Source: Myxococcota bacterium (GTDB lineage: Bacteria > Myxococcota_A > UBA9160 > SZUA-336). From it: DNA of 64,000 nt. The notes under the pieces are model-generated. The model did not search any database. It had not been told where the DNA came from and worked only from the letters and a program-made list of their open reading frames with translations. Of the stretch, positions 57,417 through 64,000 are shown piece by piece. The first letter of the stretch is position 1. Each line of letters begins with the position of its first letter. Both the position numbers and the translations under genes were made by a program. The stretch lies in contig CBDFGR010000002.1 in the NCBI GenBank assembly GCA_965247115.1, forward strand, positions 896,001-960,000, read 5' to 3'.

Positions 57417-58706
57417 TCACGAGGACGAAGGACCGGACCGTGTTGCAAACGTCCCGGCGAGCACTCCTCGAAAGCGATGATCGAGCGCGAGCACCGCGAT
57501 CCCACCCCCGATGCAGATCACCCCGTAGAGGACCTGCGCGAGCTGCACGCCCATGGACGCCGCAAGCAGCCCTGCGGCAGCCGCGCCGGCGGTCATGAAC
57601 GCGCGATCCAGCGAAAGAAAGCTCAGCACGCGTCCCCGCAGCTGCTCTGGCGCCGACTGCAGCATGAGCGAGCGGCTGAGCGAGAAGTAGCTGGTCTGGG
57701 CAGCGCCGACGAGGATGATGAGGAGCAGCGGCACGAGTAGGCCGGAGCGCCCCGGCAGGTAGGTCGCAGCAGAGAAGCCGATCAGGAGCACGCCGAAGCC
57801 CGTCACGATCGTGGGTAGGATCACGCCGAGCTTGCTCGGCTCGCGGAACGCGATTCCGAGCGCTGCAACGACAGCGCCGACCCCCGTGAGCGCGGACATG
57901 AAGCCGTAGCCCTCGCTGCCGATCTCGAGCACCTGGTCCGCGAAGAGCGGCAGGAACACCTGCATGTACGACATGCCGAACGCGAAGTAGACGGCCGAGA
58001 GTAAGAGCACGCCGCGAATTGCGGGATCGTAGAAGGCGAAGCGCGCTCCCTCTCCCAGGCCGCGCAGCATGGCGCCAGCACCGGAGCTCGAGGGCCGCTC
58101 GTGCGTGGGGACGTCGAGCAGGTAGGTCGACACGACGGCCCCGATGTAGATCACCGCAATGCACGAGAACGCCCCGCCCGCTCCCAGCCAGGCATACGCG
58201 AGGCCGCCGAGCGTCGCTCCGGCGATGCGCATGATGCTCTGCGTCCCGCTCATGAGTGCAAGCGCGTTCGTGACCCGGTAGGAGGGGACGGCACTCGGAA
58301 TCAGGGACTGACGCGCGGGCTGGTCGAAGGCCATCGTCGTTCCGCGAAGGAACGCGTAAACATAGATGTGCCACAGCTCTAGCAGTCCGGCGACGATCAC
58401 GGCCGCGAAGGCAAAGTTGAGCAGGAGCACGGCCGACTTGTCGAGGAGCAGGATGCGACGCCTGTCGAACCAGTCGCTGATGACGCCCGCCCACACGCCG
58501 AACAGGAGCTGCGGAAGGGTGCGGACGGCGATCACCGCGCCCAGGTGAACCTCGGAGCCGTCAGTGATGTCGAGGATCAGGAACGGACGGGCGATCTGCT
58601 CCATCCAGAGCGCACCTGCGTGGCTGATCTGTCCCAGCCAGAGGTAGCGGAAGTTCCGGATGCGCAGCGTCGAGAAGATCCCATCGCGGCGTGCCTCGCC
58701 CTCCAG
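57417..58706 (-). CDS. MFS transporter (MFS_3/EntS-like); start uncertain, possibly CTG at 58706
   Basis: In-frame FSTLRIRNFRYLWLGQ upstream of the ORF-track ATG (58604); DWFDRR, AFDQPARQSLIP, LRGRVLS. Confidence 0.8.
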   Translation of the reverse strand: MEGEARRDGIFSTLRIRNFRYLWLGQISHAGALWMEQIARPFLILDITDGSEVHLGAVIAVRTLPQLLFGVWAGVISDWFDRRRILLLDKSAVLLLNFAFAAVIVAGLLELWHIYVYAFLRGTTMAFDQPARQSLIPSAVPSYRVTNALALMSGTQSIMRIAGATLGGLAYAWLGAGGAFSCIAVIYIGAVVSTYLLDVPTHERPSSSGAGAMLRGLGEGARFAFYDPAIRGVLLLSAVYFAFGMSYMQVFLPLFADQVLEIGSEGYGFMSALTGVGAVVAALGIAFREPSKLGVILPTIVTGFGVLLIGFSAATYLPGRSGLLVPLLLIILVGAAQTSYFSLSRSLMLQSAPEQLRGRVLSFLSLDRAFMTAGAAAAGLLAASMGVQLAQVLYGVICIGGGIAVLALDHRFRGVLAGTFATRSGPSSS

Positions 58707-58816
58707 GCTAGGCTCCGTGCTCGATCGCGAACTCGAGGGCGCACGGGTAGTACGTCACCGTCTCGGCAGTCTACAGGAGCAAGCACGATTCGCGTCGGCG
58801 TGTCACCCTTGCGCCG

Positions 58817-60061
58817 ATGCTGGAGCGATTCCGGCGCTACTGGCGCGAGAACGAGCGGCTGTTGATGATCACCGTGTCGACGGTCCTCGTCATGTCGGGG
58901 CAGGGGATCATCACGCCCGTGCTGCCGCTGTTCGCCGCAGAGTTCGGGGCCGGCGTCGCCACGGTCGGTTTGACGCTCTCGATCTTCGGGCTGGCGCGTC
59001 TGCTGCTCAACGTTCCGCTCGGCTTGCTCTCGGATCGTTACGGTCGGCGCCTCTTGCTCGCCGGCGGACCACTCGTGAGCGGCATGGGCATGATCGGCTC
59101 GGGCCTCGCACCCGACATCCCCCAGCTGCTGGGCTGGCGCTTCCTCGCCGGCGCGGGCTCCGCCATGTACATGACCGGGGCGGCGATCTACCTCGCAGAC
59201 ATCTCGACACCCGCGAACCGCGGCCACTTCGTCGCGACCAATCAGGGTGCGTTGCTGGTAGGCGTCTCGTTCGGACCCGCGATCGGCGGGCTGGTCGCAG
59301 ACGCCTACGGGCTGCGCGCGCCGTTCTTGCTCGTCGGACTGGCGACCCTGGTGGCCTCGCTCTACGGCTACCTGCGCTTACCCGAGACCCGACCCGCACG
59401 TGTCGTCGAGGAAGACATGGGTGGTCAAGCACGCAGCAGCGCTGAGGCCTGGGCGAGCAAGCTGGGAGCGTCGGATTTCTTCGCAGTCTCCGCGGTCACG
59501 GCCTCTGTCTTCCTCACCCGCGCGGGAGGACGCATGACGCTCATGCCACTCTTTGCGTCGGCGAGCTTCGGTTACTCCGCCGGCGAGCTCGGAATCGTTT
59601 TCGCCATGATGGCGCTCATCAACCTGCTCGGGCTCGCCCCCGCCGCACTGCTGATAGATCGCGTCGGACGAAAGTGGGCGATTGTGCCCAGCGGGTTGGT
59701 CGTCGCCCTGGGACTCGGTCTGATGGCGGGGGCCGCGAGCAACCTGCAGTTCCTGCTGGCCGCCCTGCTCGTCGCACTTGGCACTACGTTCTGGGGGCCC
59801 GCTCCGGCCACCTACGCAGCGGACATCGCCGCCCCCGAGCTGCGCGGACTGGCGCTCGGACTCAACCGCTCTGCCGGCGACGCCGGCATGGTGCTGGGGC
59901 CCGTCTTGCTGGGAGCTCTTGCAGACGCGACATCCATCGGCTGGGCCCTCGCCACGAACGCGCTGATCGTTCTACTGGCGTGCTCGGCCTTCGGGCTTCG
60001 CGCAAGTGAGACGTTGAAGGGGAAGGCGCCGGCGGCGGCGGACAGGGGCCGTACGGCCTGA
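58817..60061 (+). CDS. MFS transporter (DHA1-like)
   Basis: GLLSDRYGRR, RFLAGAG, GPAIGG, DRVGRK. Confidence 0.9.
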   Translation: MLERFRRYWRENERLLMITVSTVLVMSGQGIITPVLPLFAAEFGAGVATVGLTLSIFGLARLLLNVPLGLLSDRYGRRLLLAGGPLVSGMGMIGSGLAPDIPQLLGWRFLAGAGSAMYMTGAAIYLADISTPANRGHFVATNQGALLVGVSFGPAIGGLVADAYGLRAPFLLVGLATLVASLYGYLRLPETRPARVVEEDMGGQARSSAEAWASKLGASDFFAVSAVTASVFLTRAGGRMTLMPLFASASFGYSAGELGIVFAMMALINLLGLAPAALLIDRVGRKWAIVPSGLVVALGLGLMAGAASNLQFLLAALLVALGTTFWGPAPATYAADIAAPELRGLALGLNRSAGDAGMVLGPVLLGALADATSIGWALATNALIVLLACSAFGLRASETLKGKAPAAADRGRTA

Positions 60062-60114
60062 AGAAGCCGAATCCGATTCCGGCCCCCTCCAGAATCCCGC
60101 CTAGGCACCCGCAA

Positions 60115-60223
60115 GCGCCGCGGAACGCGGCGCGCGCAGCGAAGGCCGTAGGCCTTCGCGAAGGTGGGTAGCCGCGGCCGCCCGCGGCCGGGTCCCACAG
60201 GACCTCCGGGTCCCACAAAACCT
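60115..60223. repeat. Cluster of REP-like palindromes and an 18-bp direct repeat
   Basis: GCGCCGCG-GAA-CGCGGCGC; GCGAAGGCC-GTA-GGCCTTCGC; GTA-GCCGCGG-CCGC-CCGCGGC; CCGGGTCCCACA x2. Confidence 0.55.
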
Positions 60224-60257
60224 GACGGGGACGAGAGAAGTGGACTAGAATATTCGC

Positions 60258-61328
60258 ATGAGACGGCGCCCGGACCCGCTGCGGGGGCTGATCTTCGTTC
60301 TCGCAGCACTGCCCCTCCTCGGCTGCGTTACCAAGCGCGAGCTGGCCTACTCGCCAGAGCAGCTGCGCTCGGAGGTGCACGCCCGGGTCCCTGAGCTTCC
60401 GGAGACCGAGATCATCGTTCCCTACGAGCTGGATCCAGCACTCGTGGAGAGGGCCCGCAAGGCAGTCCGCGGCCGCTACGACACAGAGGACAAGGCCCTG
60501 GCACTGGCTCGGTCACTGAGCAATCCGTTCTGGTTCGGACTCCGCTACGAGTGGGCGAGCAGCGGCTCCGCCGCCGAGACCATCGATAAGGGCGCCGGGA
60601 ACTGTCTGGGCCTGAGCTCGGTCTACATCGGGCTGGCGCGCGGTCTCGGGCTCGAGGCCTACTACATCGACGCCACCAGGAAGCTGGAGCGCCACCTGGA
60701 CGGGGACGTGGTCGTCTCTGCGGGGCACATCGGCGTAGCGGTGAACACGGCCAGGGGCTCGACCCTGGTCGACTTCACCGGCGAGGTCGGGGCGTACGCG
60801 ATGTTCCGGCGCATCGACGACCTGGAGGCGCTCGCGCACCTGTACAACAACCGCGGCTACGAGGTGATTCACCTGGCAACCTCCCAAGGGCAGCCCATCC
60901 CCTGGGAGGACGCGCGCAGCTACTTCAGTCTGGCCACGCAGGTAAAGCCGGACTTCGCGCGCGCCTGGAACAACCTGGGCATCGCGTACGGCCGCCTCGG
61001 CAGCAAGGAAGAGGCCGAGCGGACCTACCAGACTGCGCTTGTCAGTGATCCGCGTCTCTCGGCTGCGCATCTCAATCTCGGCAACCTGCATCTAGGGGCC
61101 GGCGAACTCGAAGCAGCGCTGGTCTCGCTGGAGGCGGCAGCCCAGCTCGACCGGCGCAATCCCTTTGTCCACTACCTGAAAGGCGTGGCACTGCTCCGAA
61201 GCGGAGCGCTGGCCGACGCCGAGAAGTCGCTGGCCCGGTCGCTCCGCCTGAAGCGCGACTTTGCAGACGCACGAGCGCTCCTCGACGATGTCCGTCGCGA
61301 GCGCGCCGAGCGCGCGCTCACGAACTAG
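60258..61328 (+). CDS. Lipoprotein with transglutaminase-like domain and TPRs
   Basis: LLGC lipobox; GNCLGLS (Cys), GHI (His), VDF (Asp); AWNNLG and AHLNLG TPRs. Confidence 0.85.
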   Translation: MRRRPDPLRGLIFVLAALPLLGCVTKRELAYSPEQLRSEVHARVPELPETEIIVPYELDPALVERARKAVRGRYDTEDKALALARSLSNPFWFGLRYEWASSGSAAETIDKGAGNCLGLSSVYIGLARGLGLEAYYIDATRKLERHLDGDVVVSAGHIGVAVNTARGSTLVDFTGEVGAYAMFRRIDDLEALAHLYNNRGYEVIHLATSQGQPIPWEDARSYFSLATQVKPDFARAWNNLGIAYGRLGSKEEAERTYQTALVSDPRLSAAHLNLGNLHLGAGELEAALVSLEAAAQLDRRNPFVHYLKGVALLRSGALADAEKSLARSLRLKRDFADARALLDDVRRERAERALTN

Positions 61329-61343
61329 GCAGCTCGTCCCCCC

Positions 61344-62465
61344 TTGCCAGTCATCGACGGGGACAGCCACTTCATCGAGCCGCTCGACCTGTTCGAACGC
61401 TACGTGGAGCCCGGGTTCCGCGAGCGCGCGGTGCGCTTTGCCCCGGACGCGCAGAGCGAGGGCCGCCGCGCCATGTTCGTCGACGGGCGCCCCGTCGCAC
61501 TCGGCGACCTGGAGATGCTGCTGGCTGCCGTCGTCGGCTACGGACAGAAGGAGACCGGCCAGGATCTGGGCACTTTCGACCGGTACCTGGTCGAGAGCGA
61601 GCGCTGGCAGGATATGGATGCGCGGGTCGCGTTTCTCGAAGCGGAGGGCTTCGATGCCCAGGTGATCTATCCCAGCCTGGGCCTGTTCTGGGAGAGTGCG
61701 GTATCGGATCCAGTTCTCGCGGCTGCCCTCTGCCGCGCGTACAACACGTGGGCGCACGAGCTCTGCGCTGCACATCGCGATCGCCTCCATCCCGCCGCGC
61801 ACATTTCGCTCAGAGACGCGGCGCTGGCCGTGACCGAGCTGGAGCGCGTCGCCAGGCTGGGCTACCGCACCATCTTCGTTGGCGCCGCGCCAGTCGACGG
61901 CAAGAGCTTCGGCCACCCGGATCTCGACCCCATCTGGGCGGCCGCGGCGGCGCTGGATCTCGGCGTGGCCATCCACCTGACGGGCCACCCGCACTACACC
62001 GGACACCAGTGGTATCGCGATCGCAACCCGGGCTTCATGTTCGTGACCATGAACGTGATCCAGGACCCGCGCATGGCGCTCACCACGCTCGTGTACGATG
62101 GCGCGCTCGAACGCTTCCCCGACCTGCGCGTCGCGACCATCGAGGCCATGGTCGGCTGGGTGGGTGAGTGGCTCGAGCGCCTCGACTATCGCTTCGCCTA
62201 CATGGGCGAAACGTCGGGGATGAAGCGACCCGCGAGCGAGTACTTTGCGCGCAACATCTGGGTGTGCGGGGATCCCGAGGAGAGGATGTTCCCCTACATG
62301 GTACGCTTCGCCGGCGACGAGAAGTTCTTTATCGGCTCTGACTACCCCCATGCGGAGGGGTTCGTGGCCCCCCTGGCAAAGGCACGAAAGGTGCTCGAGG
62401 AGTTGCCCATGACATCGGTGGAGAAGATCATCGGAGCGAACGCCGCGGCGTTCTACCGTCTGTAG
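61344..62465 (+). CDS. Amidohydrolase family protein
   Basis: IDGDSHF.EP, IYPSLGL, AYN.W, IGSDYPH. Confidence 0.9.
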   Translation: MPVIDGDSHFIEPLDLFERYVEPGFRERAVRFAPDAQSEGRRAMFVDGRPVALGDLEMLLAAVVGYGQKETGQDLGTFDRYLVESERWQDMDARVAFLEAEGFDAQVIYPSLGLFWESAVSDPVLAAALCRAYNTWAHELCAAHRDRLHPAAHISLRDAALAVTELERVARLGYRTIFVGAAPVDGKSFGHPDLDPIWAAAAALDLGVAIHLTGHPHYTGHQWYRDRNPGFMFVTMNVIQDPRMALTTLVYDGALERFPDLRVATIEAMVGWVGEWLERLDYRFAYMGETSGMKRPASEYFARNIWVCGDPEERMFPYMVRFAGDEKFFIGSDYPHAEGFVAPLAKARKVLEELPMTSVEKIIGANAAAFYRL

Positions 62466-62477
62466 GAAGGAGTCGGC

Positions 62478-62969
62478 ATGTCGGACACCAGTTTGGAACA
62501 GCGCCTGCAAGTGCTTGAGGACATCGAGGCAATCCGGGAGCTCAAGGCACGGTACTGCGCGTACTGCGACGACAGCTACGACCCCGAGGGGATCGCCTCC
62601 CTCTTCGTCGACGACGCCGTCTGGGACGGCGGCGTGCTGGGTCGTTGCGAGGGACAGGACAAGATTCGAAGCTTCTTCAAGAACGCTTCGAGCGCAATCA
62701 GCTTCGCGATCCACCACGTGTGCAACCCGCTGATCGAGGTCGACGGCGATCGGGCGACGGGTCAGTGGTACCTGTTCCAGCCTTGTACGTACGCCGATGG
62801 TAACCGCGCGATCTGGATGATGGCGCGCTACCGCGATGAGTATGTCAGGGAAGCAGGCGGCTGGAAGTTCAGGAACGTGAAGATCGACCTGTCTTTTTCC
62901 ACGCCTTTCCACGAGGGCTGGGCAAAGACGCGCCTCGCGCCGCTCCGGAGCGAGAACGCGCAGACCTGA
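62478..62969 (+). CDS. SnoaL/NTF2-like protein (BaiE/LinA-like)
   Basis: LEDIEAIRELKARYC..CD, HHVCNPLIEVDGD.ATG.W, Y.DEYVR..GWK. Confidence 0.88.
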   Translation: MSDTSLEQRLQVLEDIEAIRELKARYCAYCDDSYDPEGIASLFVDDAVWDGGVLGRCEGQDKIRSFFKNASSAISFAIHHVCNPLIEVDGDRATGQWYLFQPCTYADGNRAIWMMARYRDEYVREAGGWKFRNVKIDLSFSTPFHEGWAKTRLAPLRSENAQT

Positions 62970-62980
62970 GGAGATCAGAC

Positions 62981-63451
62981 ATGGCGAGCAAAGCTTTCGA
63001 AGAGCGCGTCCGCGTGCTCGAGGACATCGAGGCGATCAAGGCACTGAAGGCGTCCTATTGCTTCCTCACGGATGATGGAGAGGTCGATCGTCTGGCCGAG
63101 CTCTTCACCGCGGACGCGGTGTGGGACGGCGGCGTGATAGGGCGCTTCGAGGGACGCGCGGCGATCCGCGAGTTCTTCGTCGACCTGCCCAAGCTAATCA
63201 GCTTCGCGCTTCACCTGGTCATGAATCCCCGCATCGAGGTGCACGGCGACCACGCGACGGGACAGTGGTACCTGGTCGAGCCCAACACCACCGCTGGCAG
63301 GGAGATGGCCGTCTGGGGCGCCGGGCGCTACGACGAGGAGTACGTGCGCGTGGACGGGCAGTGGAAGTTCCAGCGCGTCGTCCTCGAGCCCGTGTTCTGG
63401 ACCCCGTTCGACAAGGGCTGGGCGGAGCGTCGCTCGATCCTGGAGCGCTAG
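62981..63451 (+). CDS. SnoaL/NTF2-like protein (paralogue)
   Basis: LEDIEAIKALKASYC..TD, HLVMNP.IEV.GD.ATGQWY. Confidence 0.88.
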   Translation: MASKAFEERVRVLEDIEAIKALKASYCFLTDDGEVDRLAELFTADAVWDGGVIGRFEGRAAIREFFVDLPKLISFALHLVMNPRIEVHGDHATGQWYLVEPNTTAGREMAVWGAGRYDEEYVRVDGQWKFQRVVLEPVFWTPFDKGWAERRSILER

Positions 63452-63458
63452 CCGCGGC

Positions 63459-64000
63459 GTGGGACGCACGATCGACGCCGACAGTCACTTCATGGAGCCG
63501 CTCGACCTCTGGGCGCGCTACATCGACCCGGCCTACCGCTCTCGGTGTCTCGAGATCCGATACGACGAGCGCGCGGGTCTGCAGGTCGGGATCGAGGGTC
63601 GGACCCTGCCCCCTGGTCGGGCGCGTTCGACCCTCCAGGGCTTCGCCATCGGCGTGGCCTACGGTCAGAAGGAGCGAGGGGGTTCCATGGGGAGCTTCGA
63701 AGCCTCCGCGGTGCTCGACGGCTCACTCGAGGACATGGACGAGCGAATCCGCTTCCTGGACCGCGAGGGCTTCGACTGCCAGATCATCTTTCCGACCCTC
63801 GGTCTCGTGTGGGAAGGGCTCGTCGAGGAGCCCGAGCTCGCGGCCGCGCACTGCCGCGCCTACAACCGCTGGGCCCTCGAGACCTGTGCCGCGTATCCGC
63901 GGCTGCATCCGCTAGGCCACGTTTCGCTACGCAATCCTCCGCAGGCCGTGAAGGAGATCGAGCACCTGGCCGCGCAGGACGTGCGAGCGGTCTTCGTAGC
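63459..64000 (+). CDS. Amidohydrolase family protein, partial (runs off window)
   Basis: GTG GRTIDADSHFMEPLDLW...IFPTLGL.WE...CRAYNRW; paralogue of 61344..62465; not in the ORF track. Confidence 0.85.
   Translation, partial: MGRTIDADSHFMEPLDLWARYIDPAYRSRCLEIRYDERAGLQVGIEGRTLPPGRARSTLQGFAIGVAYGQKERGGSMGSFEASAVLDGSLEDMDERIRFLDREGFDCQIIFPTLGLVWEGLVEEPELAAAHCRAYNRWALETCAAYPRLHPLGHVSLRNPPQAVKEIEHLAAQDVRAVFV

Noticed and set aside
55692..57740. Long alternative ORFs (also 61092..62912, 43457..45028, 41138..42595, 11317..12699)
   Set aside because: Antisense or off-frame shadows typical of high-GC DNA, with no motifs.

Overview
High-GC bacterial chromosomal segment, gene-dense, with about 60 CDS. 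The lineage cannot be fixed from sequence; the gene content (porin, lipoproteins, PilZ, VWA, many class III CoA-transferases, LLM/F420-type oxidoreductases) suggests a diderm such as Myxococcota or Binatota. Most genes encode lipid, aromatic or sterol-type catabolism and redox functions: a P450, five CaiB/BaiF CoA-transferase genes, enoyl-CoA hydratases, an acyl-CoA dehydrogenase, SDRs, amidohydrolases, nitroreductases and SnoaL proteins. There are also MFS/ABC transporters, two NarX-like kinases with one NarL regulator, a RAYT/IS200-type HUH transposase and an IS481-like remnant. The best finding is absent from the ORF track: a 170-aa AhpC/TSA (redoxin) gene at 5472..4960 (minus). Its active site reads FYRGPW-TGA-P-K-TGA-Q, a probable double-selenocysteine UxxU selenoprotein, followed by a SECIS-like hairpin. 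Also notable are a tandem QueG/RdhA-like Fe-S pair plus a small protein downstream of menA, a stand-alone Cache sensor/orphan MFP/two-component operon, many apparently leaderless genes and several deletion scars. No rRNA, tRNA or CRISPR array was seen. All family calls are from motif recognition; no searches were run.
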